Positions 26,893-40,574 of a DNA stretch of 64,000 nucleotides are shown piece after piece. The notes below the pieces were generated by a model. The model saw only the letters and a program-made list of their open reading frames with translations, had not been told where the DNA came from and made no database searches. Origin of the DNA: Octopus sinensis (Eukaryota); assembly GCF_006345805.1 (NCBI RefSeq), contig NC_042997.1, positions 163,990,001 to 164,054,000 of the forward strand. Direction: 5' to 3'. A program made the position numbers and the translations under genes. How positions within the stretch are numbered: position 1 is the first letter of the stretch; the number at the start of each line of letters is the position of its first letter.

Positions 26893-28329
26893 AGATGAGC
26901 TCTCACATGATTTCCATCTGCAAAATTTCAATCATAAGGTATTGACCAACCTGAAGCTACTGAAGATAGCTTTCATAGAAAGTGCCCTGCAGTGTGTTTG
27001 GACTAGGCACCACTAGATTGTGAAACTAGCTTCTTTTTAACCACCCAGTGTACTTGTGTCCAATGAAGATGTATTCAATACAGAGCTATGCACTACCTAA
27101 ACTTCAATATGTTAAGCTTCTCCAGGGTCCTTTTGACATTATTTATTATTTAATTCAGTGTTTTTCCAGTCAGAGAGATTGCAGTTTCTTGAGATACTAT
27201 TCACAGCATTAGGGAGTGTCACTAATTCAATATATGGTTTAGAACATTGATTAAATAAATAATGAAGCTGCAATAAAGAACTAACGAGGACTGTCATAGA
27301 TTACAGTGTATGACATAATACAGACGTCACTGAAAGAAAAACTAATGTTTTAGACTAACTATTAGCTTTAAATTTGTATAGATTTATTTTCCAATGAAAC
27401 TGTTGGACCTGAATGTATTGATTCTAATAACTTGCCAAGCATTGTAAGTAAAATCTAAATAACAAAATGGAAATATTACATTTTAAAATATCTGCGTACA
27501 TTATTACTAAGTGGCATAATTGAAATTAACTTCAACTACAGAAACTATACAGCTGACTTGAAATTGAATTATAATACTGCAGAATATAATACAAGGAAAA
27601 TATCTTTAACAGCACCACCACATGATTCAGTATCATAAAAGAACTTGAGATGAAAAAATACATAACACACACACACACACATATATGTTATATATATATG
27701 TTTTCTATTCAAATCCATTAAGCCTTTCAGGAGTGGCATGCAACATGAACTAAACTCTATAGACAATTGAAATACTGTGTAATGCATCATTGCATTATAC
27801 ATTTAATTAACATTCAGTCAACCTAGATTTGTCTCTTTGCAAGTCTTCTCATAACATATCAGTAATATGATTGAAAGAAAACACTAAAACATTTTTTAAA
27901 TTAAAAATTTTATACACACACATGTATATATATGTGTGTGTATGAGTGTGTATATGTCTGTGAGTGTCAGAGCATATGTGCATGTGTGTGTATCTGTGTA
28001 AATGTGTGGTGATGGTGTATGTGTTTTTGCGTGTGTGTATATAACCATATATCATCCACATGCAATCCAGACACTGCACACCAAACATTGATTCTATGAA
28101 TAGAGACCTGGAAAGCATCTTCCAATGATGCTATGCTCATCTTGTTTCTTTCAATAGCAAGAAAACACAAATGCTACTCATATCAACAAAACACACTTCC
28201 AGTTAAGCAGGAGCAGTATGAAATTATTTGCTTTAATTGTTGGGTTACAGTATATTGAGGATTTCTCCTAGTGAAAGCATATTCTCAACGTAACAAGGTC
28301 AGTATCCCAGAGACTTCCTTCTCTTCATG

Positions 28330-28620
28330 GTCATAAGATGCTTCAGCCTTCAATAATTGATATTTTAGAGAAATTAGGTGTGCCCTCAATGGAATACTCC
28401 TCCTGTATCTTGGATGCTGCTGCTGCTGTTCACAGTCATGAACATGGATCATATACAGAAAAGGGCCAGCCAACTGACAGATATAAAATTAAAGACATGC
28501 TCTAGCTTCAGGCCCACAGGATCCCTCTCTACTTATGCCTTTCCTACAGATGCTGACTCGCAATGGTTCAAAAGGACAATAACAGCATTGGTCCCATTAG
28601 CCTCAAAATGCCTGCAAAAC
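28330..28620 (+). mobile_element. L2/CR1-type LINE C-terminal remnant
   Basis: PSMEYSSCI...MDHIQKRASQLT, across a frameshift, resembles the L2/CR1 P.MEY.SH.W...LDRIQRRA.RLI motif. Confidence 0.5.
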
Positions 28621-28939
28621 CATGATAGCTGCTCCTTTCTCCAGATCTAGCAAGTGTGTGTATGTGTGTGTGTGTGCATGTGTGAGTTTTCCTTTGTGCT
28701 TGTCTCACTACCATCACTGGACAACAGCTGTCGGTTTGTTTATGTCCCCTAAATATATATGCGTATGTATATATGTCTGTGAGTGAGTTTATAGGCCCTT
28801 TTCACCCAATTTACTCATCTGTTTTATACACGAGAGTTTAGCTAGGAAAATCTCAGCACTCATCAAATAAGGTGGTAGAAAAAATATTGTGCAGTCTCTT
28901 TGGCACTGAAGATTAGAAAGTGTTACATCTGGTTTGTGA

Positions 28940-29160
28940 GACATCATTATCACCAACAACAACATTTAGTGTCTGCTTTCCATGTTGGCAGGAGTTGGAT
29001 GGTGTGCCAGCAAACCAGCAAGCTGCAGGCCTGCATCAAGCTCCAATATCATCATTGTCATGGTTTCAATGGCTGGATGTTCCTAATGCCAACCACTTTA
29101 CAGGGTGTACTAGGTACTTTTTATGTGCCACCAGCACTGGTGAGATTTCCATGAAAACTT
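28940..29160 (-). mobile_element. RTE 3'UTR tail copy (old)
   Basis: TTTCCATGTTGGCAGGAGTTGGATGG...GGCTGGATGTTCCTAATGCCAACCAC...TTTTATGTGCCACCAG. Confidence 0.7.
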
Positions 29161-29283
29161 GCAAGGCATAAAAGAATGTTTATGTTCTTGATGCAGTCAG
29201 CCAGTATCCAAGGACACATCCGTGTTCATGAGGACAGGTTCAGAAAATTTCATTTTCCTTTCTGGGATTTTCCCCATAGTACA

Positions 29284-30572
29284 CCAGGTTGTGTCACAAG
29301 TTTTTAAAACATTTTTACTGATGATTTTTGGCAACTTATATCTTGATGTTATATCATTAATTTGGTACAACTTGTTGCCTGATCATTGCTGAACTGTTTA
29401 TTATTTATTTTCATAAATAACATACAAACATTAAATTTTTTCATATATAACAAACATTAATTCTTTTTACAGCTTTTATAATGAGTGGTGAAAAAATTGC
29501 AACTAGAGCCATTTTATGCCACCTGTGGAAGAAAAAGAAAAGCCTGAATAAAAGGGCGGTAACAAAAGAAATTAATGATGCGGAAGGCCCAGGAGCTGTC
29601 AATGAACATGTGGCATAAAACTGGTTCAAATGTTTCAAGGAAAGTGACACCAGCCTTGAAGACAAACCAAGATCAAACCTTCTGTTGTGTAAGATGAGGC
29701 CTTACTTGAAATGGTTGAACAACAATCAAGCACTCATACATTGTCAGCAGGACTTGGCCCTCCACGAAGCAACATCAGTTGACACCTCCATAAGCTAAGC
29801 CTTGTGAACAGATGCTGTCGAGAAGCTCCTCATGAACTGACTAATGACCAGGCTCATGTGAACATTTGCAAACAATGGCTGGCAAATCCTCAAGATGCCT
29901 GTTTTTGTCATCATATTGTAACTGAAGATGAAAAATGGATCTATTTTTATAATCCTAATGAGAGAAATCAGTGACTTCATTCTGGTCAGGCTTCAGAACC
30001 TATTGTCTAACAAAGGCAGTTTGAACAGAAGGTCATGTTGTGTGTTTGGTGGAATTTTGAGGAGATGTTGCACTTTGAGCTTGTCCCATATAGTCATGTG
30101 AATGCTAACCTTTATGCTCAACAACTGCAGTGAGTATCTGATTCTTTGAAAGCCTGCTACCTGTCACTGGTCAGTTGAAGATGTGCATTCCTACAGCATG
30201 ACAATTCCCCAGCACACACTGCCAATGTGACCGAGTGCAGACTTGAGGAACATGACAGGCTGGAAGTGCTGCTTCACCCTACCTACAGTCCAGACTTTGC
30301 ACCATCAAATTACCACCTTTCTGTGACATGACTCATTTCCTACATGGCTGGAGGTTCAACAATGTGAATGAGGTTGAAGATGGGTGCTGGAAGTTTTTTG
30401 TCTTTAAACAAGCCAAATGGTATAAGGATGGAATTGAGCTTCTGGTACAATGTTGGAAACAGACAATAGAATATGATGATATATATTTTAAAGAGCAAAT
30501 GCTTTTCCTATGTAATTTGTTTGAACTATTAATTAAAGCTTGAAATATGAGAAAACTTTTGGCTCAACCTGG
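29284..30572 (+). mobile_element. Full-length mariner (DD34D-type) transposon, inactivated
   Basis: TIRs CCAGGTTGTGTCACAAGTTTT and AAAACTTTTGGCTCAACCTGG(TA). Transposase motifs WFKCFK, VTEDEKWIYFYN, KVMLCVWW, LQHDNSPAH, HPTYSPDFAPSNYHL. Contains multiple stops. Confidence 0.92.
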
Positions 30573-30839
30573 TATTTTGTTCCAGTTTTTCACAACTGCA
30601 AATCAGATTACAACACTTCCAAACCTTCACTGTCAAAGTGCCTGTGCTATACTTTTTCTATCAGTTATTCTAATGAGTGCAGATGTTGGTTTTCCCAAAC
30701 TCTTGTTTGAAACTGATTGGTAAGAATGGCTGAAATTGGTCTCTAATATTGTGTTGTATAAATAATTAATATACTCAAGTCTGTTGACAAATATATACTG
30801 ACAAATTTCTTCTGGCTCATATATTCTTAGAGGAATGAA

Positions 30840-31005
<166 letters not shown>

Positions 31006-31169
31006 ATTATATTATCATCATCATTATTTTAAGATCTACATTTCAATGCCTGCATGGGTCAGACAAAATTTGTCAAGGTAGATTTTCTATGCCTGGATGC
31101 ACTGTTATGCCAAGCAGTGTAATATTTCCATTAGTTCAAAGTTCAGATGTATTTTTAATAGAAGATTGC

Positions 31170-31253
31170 AGACGAATGGAACTACTGATATGTCTGATGT
31201 TTATTTTACAGTGATGCCAAGACAAAGAGACACATACACACACAAATATGAGC

Positions 31254-31293
<40 letters not shown>

Positions 31294-31480
31294 ATGTTTG
31301 TGTAATGACCTTCTTTCAGTTTCAGTCTATCAAATTCATTCATAAAGCTTTGGGCAACCCAAAGCTATAACAGAAAGACACTTTCCCAAAGTGACATGTA
31401 GTAGGACTGAACTTGAAACCATTTGGTTGTGAAGTGAACTTCTTTAACACATAGCCATATCTGCACCTGTTTTCTTGAGG
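31170..31480 (-). mobile_element. tRNA-derived SINE with internal (TG)n
   Basis: CTTTCTTTCAGTTTCAGTCTATCAAATTCA...AAAGCTTTGGGC...GACACTTTCCCAAAG...GGACTGAACTTGAAACC is the reverse complement of the family at 57230 and 58470. Confidence 0.7.
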
Positions 31481-34400
31481 CATACATACATACATAAGTA
31501 CAGGCAGATAGACAGGCAGACAGACAGATAGATAGATATAGATATATAGATATATTCAGTTGCATAGAGGTCTGTACCTACTTCTAAATATGTTTTCGGT
31601 AACTATATATTATTTGGTTGATCGGTGAATTGTATTTTATATAATGACATTCTTTGAGATACTGTTTTTGAATTATGTTAACTGGGAATATTATTCTCTC
31701 AGGATCAGCAAAATTGTTATGACTTCTCTTGCTATAGCCTTAAGTCCTATTGGGAAAGAAATAGAGTACAATGAATTGAATCAATCTGAATATTTTAGTG
31801 GTGCTTATCTTATCAATGCCAGACAGATGAAAGACAGCAGAGATTCCAGTGGGATTTATCCCCAAAAATATGAGGCAGTGAATTAGATGCTTTACTAGAT
31901 ACAGAAAAGCATTTAAAATCAGTTCTTTACTCCACCAGCTTAATGAAATAACAGCTCTGTTAAGAAAGTAGAACTTGGAAAGTTTTTTTATCATGTTGCA
32001 CGATGGAATTTTGATGCTATTGTATACAATACTGCTGCCACAAGCAGTAGTCCTTTGGGGTTGAGGAAAATTCTACTATTTGCACAATTTAGAATCTCAA
32101 CGAAAATCAGTTTCACTCTAAAGCACATTGCATAGAATTTTTTATTCATACAGATCAAAGTTAATGCTAGACCACTGGTTTTGTGATTTTTTAAGGGTAT
32201 AAATTCTGGATCTGTCTAAATCAATTTCATAAGTCATCCTTTGTAGGCTCATAAAATAATGGAGATGTACTAATAAAACTGATTATAAATATAGACAGCA
32301 ATAATTTCAGACAATAGAAATCTTCAGATATCTATTCTGCACTAGCTATGGCATTATTACTTATATAAGAAAACTACTTAATATAAGTAAATGTACATGG
32401 GTGTAAGAAATTTCTATTTTGTACAAATTGCTAAGAAGCAAATCAATTAGTTGAAAGAAAGAAGAAAAAAATGCCATTCATTTTCTGAATTGGAAATGTA
32501 GAGCAAAGAAATAACAAAAGCAAAGCTGTAAGACCTGGTGTGTGAAAAGATACTGAGAAGTAGTAGTGTGGTTAAATAACAAGACAGATAAAGAATATAG
32601 TTAAAGAAGATATATTCAGAAGGAAGGAAGAATAGAAATAGTAAGGTTGGGTGCCAAAAAGAAATTAAAAAAAACAAAACAAAACAGTTTATTGATTTCA
32701 ATTGACTAAACAAAGTACTAACTTTTGTAAAAGAGGGGAATATTTGATTTAACCACTCTAATATATGACTGGTAATTACTTCCTCAACTACCAGAATAAT
32801 GAAAAGCAAGGTCAGCATTGGCAAGATTTGAACTCAAAACAGAAACATGAAATTAAATATTGAAATATATCTAGCATAGGTTTTATTGTCTTAACTATTT
32901 GTGAGAAAAGAGGATGGGGACAAAAATAAAATAAAAGGAAGATGAGAAAAGAAATAATAAGATTGGAAGATAAAAAAAAAATTATGCACAGGAAAAAAAT
33001 ATAATTGAAAAAAATATGAACAAAGCAAACAATAAAACAATGTGGAGGAGAGAAAAGAACAAAGAGGAAAGGAAAGAGAATAAAAGACTAAGGTGAAATT
33101 TAAAGAATGCAACTGCTGATAATATATTTGATGAAAAAAAGGAAGAAAAAAAAAAGGGGGGGGGGCAAATTATCAAGTGTTGTTAGCAGAGATGATTATT
33201 AATGATACATGATGGAAGATAATTCTGGTAATAGCCCAATTCAGCAATATCATTATAGATCCTTCTCTAACTTGAAATTATAATTAACAAAATGGAAAAG
33301 AAGTACTAAGATTCTAATCAAACATAGAATTTGTGTTAAGAAAAAAGAAAAAAAAATGAAGTATTTTATTCATTAACTACACATTTTTTTTTTTACTGTT
33401 ACATTTTTATGCCTATTTTCTGGTGTGCTACTATTGTTAGTATTACATTAAGGCATATTTCTATTTTAAAAAAAACCCCAATATTTCTCATAGTATTGAG
33501 TAATTTGAAGAGTTCTTTTATAAATAATTAAGATTTTAACCAGTTTTGATGGGTCAAGTTCAAATAAATATGTTGTACACTAAGGCAAAGCATCACTTTG
33601 ATGTAAACATTATTGTGTTATTGATGATCAGAAGAGCACCCTTAAATCTTAGATATAAGAATGTATAGAGCATTTGTAAACATTATGAGGTGAAATATGT
33701 GGCATAAAATGTAACATACTTCACCTTAAAATGACCAAACACTACCATAAATAATGAGAATATGGTTTTAATCTACAGTGAAGCATGGTATATCTCTACT
33801 AAGGTATACTTGTAGTTTACTCTCAAGTATTTGACCGACAATCTCAGTATCACAAGTGTTCTGAAACAAGGTTGACGAGAATAAGTTAACAAAAACATCA
33901 AAAATGGGAATTATTTTTTAAGAAAGGCACCATCGCCGTCATCAACTATATCAGTTTAGTATGTGTAAAGAGACTTTGAGAAGAACTATGAACTGTAAAT
34001 ATGACTACTACATACATTATGAAGCATCATGGATGTAAAGATCAAGCTTGCTTCATAATTTGTGGTCTACAGATAAGTATTGTATTCAGTATTAATGGGT
34101 TTAGTACTCTGAAGGCCACTACTACTAGTCAACCAGCATCCAGCCAACACCCAGCCAACCTCACGCACATTTTGAATATACAAAAATAAGTAGGTATACT
34201 CCAGAACTACAATCTCTAATGGAAATTTTAATGGAAGGTTTCGCTAAAAATTGCATGTTTAATTGAGAAACAATAGTAGCAATAATGAAAGCACTGAAAG
34301 ACCATAATAGCATACATTTGCAGTCTTAAAAACAATATGCAAGGAAGATAGATGCTCAATGCTCCAATAATAATTCAAGAAACAATAACATGAAAATATA

Positions 34401-34683
34401 AAAACCATTCCAAGGAAGGGGAAAGCTATGTCTAATAGTACAACTACAATGCTGATATAACAAGGCTGATTTTAATTCATAAAAGCATTTAGAATAGTGA
34501 TGACAATGAAGCATGAACAGAATTCCATGAATGAAGTTGCGAGAAGATTTTAGTGAATAAGAAATTTCACTGTTGCAAGACTGGGGAACTAAATCATTCT
34601 AACAATAAACACTGAAATATAACAAGAGAGAAAGATGCAAAACTGAGTGTGATTGTGTCTTTATGTTTGTGTGTGCACATGCA

Positions 34684-34740
<57 letters not shown>

Positions 34741-35099
34741 ACACACACAAAGGTTTTCCTACAGCACTGAGTTGCTGAAAACTTTGCTGTAATATGGAAT
34801 TCTCTAATGCAAAACCTATATTTTCCCATTGATTTCCATGTTATAAATTGAGATGCATTCTGATGGAAATTTTTTAACAGGAAAGAAAAGAAGAGTAATG
34901 CAGCCACTTGAAAATATCAGTTTTTTTAAAAGACACATAGTGCAGTAAATATACATAAAAAAGATTTTTGAAGTGAAATGCGTAAAGGAATAAAGAAAGA
35001 CACAGTAATATCATAGTAAGATACATAGTAACTACAAAAGATGTTGACTGCTGTGAAATGGGAGGTGGTAGAACATGAGCTACTGGGATGAAGAAAGGT

Positions 35100-36050
35100 A
35101 CTATCTTCAGCCTTGTAGATCCTCATTATCAGCACTTAGGGGCAAAGAACTTACCCAAAGCTGTCTGACATTTACAACAAACCATCTCTTTGGATGGTAG
35201 TGCAGGAACTGAGTCCATTATGAACGCCTTTTCTAATGTATATGTTATATTCATAATTTGGATTGTATTTGGATAATTTGCAAAAACTTGTAAACCACCT
35301 GCCACTGAAAGTGCCAACCATTTAGTTACCCATGTTTCTTACCAGTCAAATGAAATAACATGAGCATGGAGTTTATACAAACTTTTATAGCCCTGTGGCT
35401 CATTCTTGTCATAACAGCATCAGACAAACTTTCTCTGTGGGACTCTAGCAACTCAATCACATCGTCTTCTAAACATTCATACCTTACATTATTTGCCAAT
35501 GTCAAATAAGTACTTTGATAAACTTCATGTAGATGTTCTGCTGAGAAGAAAGCCTGTAAAGTCATAGATGTAATTTGTTCATATGCTTTTCCAAAAACCA
35601 TTTATAGCTGAGGGTTTCACTTCATCTCATGACTTAGTTACATTAAACATAGTATTCATAATGCTGCACTTCTCCAAGTAGTTTCTGACTGTATCTTTAT
35701 CTTTTCTCATCGATTGGTTTTATGAGTTGTTTCAGAGTTCTGTTCAGAGCAATATGTCAAAGGTAGATATCACACCTATTACATTGTGATCCAATGTCTG
35801 GAATAAAGGTATTGTGCTCTTGGGAATATATTCACTTTCACATTGTTATCAAAATCATTTAAGTTCATTGGGTGGCTTGATACATCGTCTAAAAGGAGTA
35901 ATACTTTGTAGGAAATATTACACCTGTACCATTCTTCAGCAGAGCAAAAAGATCTTTAAACCAATCTTAAAAAAAGGTTGAAACTTTCTTGTTTGAACAC
36001 CAAGTCACAGAGAGACAAAATTCGGTGTAAACTAAGGAGTAGGGTCTACC
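35100..36050 (-). mobile_element. Tigger/pogo-type transposase remnant (DDE_1 domain and C-terminus)
   Basis: Minus-strand frames give FKDWFKD, KVLLLLDDVSSHPMNL, DEVKPSAINGFWKS, YDFTGF, IELLESHRESLS and QTALGKFF, colinear with Tigger transposases. Frameshifted; TIRs not found. Confidence 0.8.
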
Positions 36051-36184
36051 TGGAAAGTTTTAAAGAAAATCAGTGTGTCTGATAACATGTTAAATGTGAT
36101 TGATTCCTTTCATAAATGTATGAGGCCTGCAGATATCTCAAATAGAGAATTATCTGACCCCTTAGGGACAGCTTTGCCTTGTTT

Positions 36185-36430
36185 TCGGTATTGTTTGCCC
36201 ATTATTTTTCAGGAGTTGGCAAAATAGCTAAAGCATTAGAAAAAGATACCACATGGTATTTGTTCAAACTCTACATTCTGAGTTCAAATCCTGCAAAGGT
36301 CAACTTTGCCTTCCATCCTTTTGGGTTTGATAAAATATGGTACCAGTCATATACTGGGGTTGATGGCATCAACTAGCTCTCCCTCCCCTCAAAACTGCTA
36401 GCCTTGTATCTAAATCTGAAACCATTATTT
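36185..36430 (+). mobile_element. tRNA-derived SINE (TTTGCCTTCCATCC family)
   Basis: B box GAGTTCAAATCC followed by GGTCAACTTTGCCTTCCATCCTTTTGGGTTTGATAAAAT. Confidence 0.7.
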
Positions 36431-37250
36431 TTCAGTAATACTTGATGTGGACAGAAGAGTTGGATTTAGTTTTCATATTCGGCTTAACCACTAGATATTC
36501 AAACACACTATAGGCACAAGTACTAGATACATGCATTGAAATCACTAGGAAAGTTCAATAATATGTGTGTATGTGTGTGTGTGCATGTTTCAGATTTATT
36601 GGTTAACTTCAGCAGTCTGTGTGTATGTGAGTATGCACATGCATGCACATAGACTGGCATAATCCACCAACATATCTGTTGTTTTATCCAGTTTAACATA
36701 AAAGACTACATGAGCATTAGATCAAGTGAAATTACTAACTAGCTAAATATTATTAACAAACACAATTAATTACATAAACATTGACTCTATGAAGTAATGG
36801 CTTAAGGTTAATATTAGTCATATAATTTCGCTTCTGAACAATTCTGTTTTTTTTTTTCTTCTTTTTTGTTTTTCACATCCTACTCCATCCAATATTTTTA
36901 AAAAAGTGAAAAGTTTTATTTCATTTTTCAAATTAATTTTAGCTTATCTCATCTTTTACATAACTGAATGTTTTAAACCTCTAACGCCTTATCAACCTCT
37001 TACTCTTGTTACAACCTCTCCACTATTCTTTCTGCTCTTCCTACAAATTCACATCTCCAATTTATTTTTTCTACAGCCACACATCTCTCTTTCACTCTTT
37101 CTACATATTTCTACACATTTCTCTCTTTCTTTCTGTAACCTATTCTCTACTAACAACCCATCAGCTTTCTCTCAACTTCATATTCGCTCAACAACCACTT
37201 CTCCTACTATCACCTCTAACCTAAATATTACTTATTACTAAAATATTATT

Positions 37251-37618
37251 TACTAGCACTATGACCCAGCGTTGCCGGGTCATAGTGCTTGTGCATGCAT
37301 AACTGCATGCATGCATACATACACGTGAGTACTGTCCAAATCTCCGACCAATCACATACAGCTAGATGGCATTCAATTGGCGTATCAAGTTTCAGGCATT
37401 TTGATTGGGTTTTGGATAGAAAATTCACAAAAAGTCACTTCTATTGATTTTTTAATGACTTTGCGGGGTGACTGGGGAGATGTAAATATGTGCACGACCA
37501 CCCTTAGATGATTTTGAATGACCATAGAAAGTGTGAGCCCTCTAACTGAAAATTTGTGGATTTGTATAAAGGACACACACACAGACAGACATTTTGCCGT
37601 TTATATATATAGAGAGAT
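37251..37618 (+). mobile_element. Non-autonomous Helitron/Helentron-type element (HINE/Lep1-like)
   Basis: Starts TACTAG followed by a perfect 12-bp hairpin GCACTATGACCC...GGGTCATAGTGC (37256-37288). Ends ACACACAGACAGACATTTTGCCGTTTATATATATAGAGAGAT, like Lep1/DINE-type termini. CpGs are retained. Confidence 0.7.
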
Positions 37619-37814
37619 ATAAGTAGTATCTTTTAAGTTAATTCAATGCTATTTCTGACAATTCAAAAAATAGCATTCTCGACTATATTTGACACTGTTT
37701 TATTTATTAAATTATACCTCTTCTAGTATTGAGTACTTTCTAACTCTCATCATATGTCTTTTCATTATATAGTTACTTTTATGACCTCACACACACACAC
37801 ACATATAAATATAT

Positions 37815-39650
37815 TGTGGTTCCAGTACCGGTGGCACACAAGAAAACCATCCGATCGTGGCCGTTCGCCAGCCACATCTGGCACCTGTGTCGGTGGCACA
37901 TAAAGACACCATCCGAAGACCCGGCGACGTAGACAGTCCACCTGTGCATACCTTCCTTCTTGTGACACTTGTGAAGACCTGTTGAGGCAAGTGTGTGACA
38001 CTTGTGAAGACCTGTTGAGGCAAGTGAAAATCAAACCAAATCAAAATAGATGAATATCAATGGAATTTGTATCTTTGTGGTTCCAGTACCGTGGCACACA
38101 AGAAAACCATCCGAAGTGGCCGTAGCTGGTACCGCATCGACTGGCCTCCGTGCTGTGGGCACAACAAACACCATCTGATCGTGGCCGTTCGCCAGCCTCA
38201 CCTGGCACCTGTGTCGGTGGCACATAAAAACACCATCCAAAGACCCGGCGACGTAGTCAGTCCACCTGTGCATACCTTCCCTCTTATGACACTTGTGAAG
38301 ACCTGTTGAGGCAGAGGCAAGTGTGTGACACTTGTGAAGACCTGTTGAGGCAGAGGCAAGTGTGTGACACTTGTGGAGACCTGTTGAGGCAAGTGTGTGA
38401 CACGCGTGACACTTGTGAAGACCTGTTGAGGCAAGTGAAAATCAAACCAAATCAAAATAGATGAATATCAATGGAATTGTATCTTTGTGGTTCCAGTACC
38501 GTGGCACACAAGAAAACCATCCGAAGTGGCCGTAGCTGGTACCGCATCGACTGGCCTCCGTGCTGTGGGCACAACAAACACATCTGATCGTGGCCGTTCG
38601 CCAGCCTCACCTGGCACCTGTGTCGGTGGCACATAAAAACACCATCCAAAGACCCGGCGACGTAGTCAGTCCACCTGTGCATACCTTCCCTCTTATGACA
38701 CTTGTGAAGACCTGTTGAGGCAGAGGCAAGTGTGTGACACTTGTGAAGACTGTTGAGGCAGAGGCAAGTGTGTGACACTTGTGGAGACCTGTTGAGGCAA
38801 GTGTGTGACACGCGTGACACTTGTGAAGACCTGTTGAGGCAAGTGAAAATCAAACCAAATCAAAATAGATGAACATCAATGGAATTTGTATCTTTGTGGT
38901 TCCAGTACCGGTGGCACACAAGAAAACCATCCGATCGTGGCCGTTCGCCAGCCACATCTGGCACCTGTGTCGGTGGCACATAAAGACACCATCCGAAGAC
39001 CCGGCGACGTAGACAGTCCACCTGTGCATACCTTCCTTCTTGTGACACTTGTGAAGACCTGTTGAGGCAAGTGACACTTGTGAAGACCTGTTGAGGCAAG
39101 TGAAAATCAAATCAAATCAAAACAAATCAAAATAGATGAACATAAATGGAATTTGTATCTTTGTGGTACCAGTGCCGGTGGCACACAAGAAAATCATGAC
39201 GTAACAAACACCATCCGATCGTGGCCGTCCGCCAGCCTCATCTGGCACCTGTGTCGGTGGCACATAAAAACACCATCCGAGCGTGGCCGTCTGCCAGCCT
39301 CGTCTGGCACCTGCCAGCCTCATCTGGCACCTGTGTCGGTGGCACATAAAAACACCATCCGAGCGTGGCCGTCTGCCAGCCTCGTCTGGCACCTGTGTCG
39401 GTGGCACATAAAAACACCATCCGAGCGTGGCCGTTCGCCAGCCTCGTCTGGCACCTGTGTCGGTGGCACATAAAATCACCCACTACACTCTCGGAGTGGT
39501 TGGCGTTAGGAAGGGCATCCAGCTGTAGAAACACTGCCAGATCTGACTGGCCTGGTGCAGCCTTCGGGCTCCCCAGACCCCAGTTGAACCGTCCAACCCA
39601 TGCTAGCATGGAAAACGGACGCTAAATGATGATGATGATGATGATGATGT
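37815..39650 (+). repeat. Higher-order tandem array of RTE LINE 3'UTR ending in a (GAT)n tail
   Basis: The unit anchor (G/A)AAGACCCGGCGACGTAG occurs at 37915, 38239, 38648 and 38995. Nested ~30-bp (GTGACACTTGTGAAGACCTGTTGAGGCAAGT) and ~60-bp (GGTGGCACATAAAAACACCATCCGA) subrepeats. The terminal RTE tail is at 39480-39650. Confidence 0.9.
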
Positions 39651-39705
39651 GTGTTTATATATATAATATATATATATATTATATATATATATATTATATA
39701 TATAT

Positions 39706-39748
<43 letters not shown>

Positions 39749-39760
39749 CATACATATATA

Positions 39761-40520
39761 TATACATGCATATATGGGCACAGGATGTCACCAACAGTGC
39801 AAATAACATGAAATATATAAACAAATGAGGGGAAAATGAGTAAAATACATAAACAAGAAAAAATGGAAAATAGGACAAGTAAACACAGAGAAAGGACCCT
39901 TCGTCAGATGTCAGCAGTCCATCTATTTCTCATTTCAAGTATTCAATGACAATATGAGTCTTCAAAGACAGTTGCTCCCAAAAATTCTAAAACAAAACTT
40001 AGGATTTGTGGAGGGTCAAAGTTGGGAACAAAAAAATGACAGTGGAGATATACAAGGAAAATGAAAACAAACTTGGAGGGTTGTTAGACAAGAATGAGAG
40101 AAAAATAGTGAATGCTGGAATAAATATTTTTTTGGAAAGAGAAAAGACAGAAGAGAGAGAGAAAAACACATCTTTTTTTTTTTTAACGTCCGTGCAGGAA
40201 AAGAAAGATGGTCAACTTCAGTTTCTTTGTATGTCTCCAGTGTCATTTTTTGGTTCCCAATTTTGACCCTCCATGAATCCTAAATTTTATTGCTGAATTT
40301 ATGGGAGCATTGTCTTTGAAGACTCATATTGTTGTTAAATGCTCAAAATGAGTAGACAGACAGCCAACAACTGATGAAGGGTCCTTTCTCTGTGTTTACT
40401 TGTCCTGTTTTCCAATTTTTTCTTGTTTACACATTTTACTTGTTTTTCTCTCATTTATTTATGTATTTCACATTATTTGCACTGTTGGTGACGCCCTGTA
40501 CCCATATATGCATGTATATA
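39761..40520. mobile_element. Long inverted-repeat element (~300-bp arms, ~160-bp spacer) inserted in (TA)n
   Basis: TATACATGCATATATGGGCACAGGATGTCACCAACAGTGCAAATAA... pairs with ...TTATTTGCACTGTTGGTGACGCCCTGTACCCATATATGCATGTATA. The arms are about 39761-40060 and 40222-40520. Confidence 0.85.
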
Positions 40521-40574
40521 TATATATATTATATATATTATTATTTAATTGAACGCGGTGCATCCATTTCCAAG

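Noticed and set aside
32447-33176. Hydrophobic F/L/S-rich minus-strand ORFs resembling membrane proteins
   Set aside because: They are translations of a purine-rich low-complexity tract with no family motif.
35129-35601. Two minus-strand ORFs with apparent splice sites and a CxxC motif that looked like a nested host gene
   Set aside because: Upstream frames contain Tigger DDE motifs (KVLLLLDD, FWKS, DFTGF), so these ORFs are the frameshifted transposase C-terminus.
37950-39100. CRISPR-like look of the recurring ~30-bp GTGACACTTGTGAAGACCTGTTGAGGCAAGT repeat
   Set aside because: The repeats are adjacent or separated by repeated rather than unique sequence. The context is eukaryotic, no cas genes are present, and the unit derives from an RTE 3'UTR.
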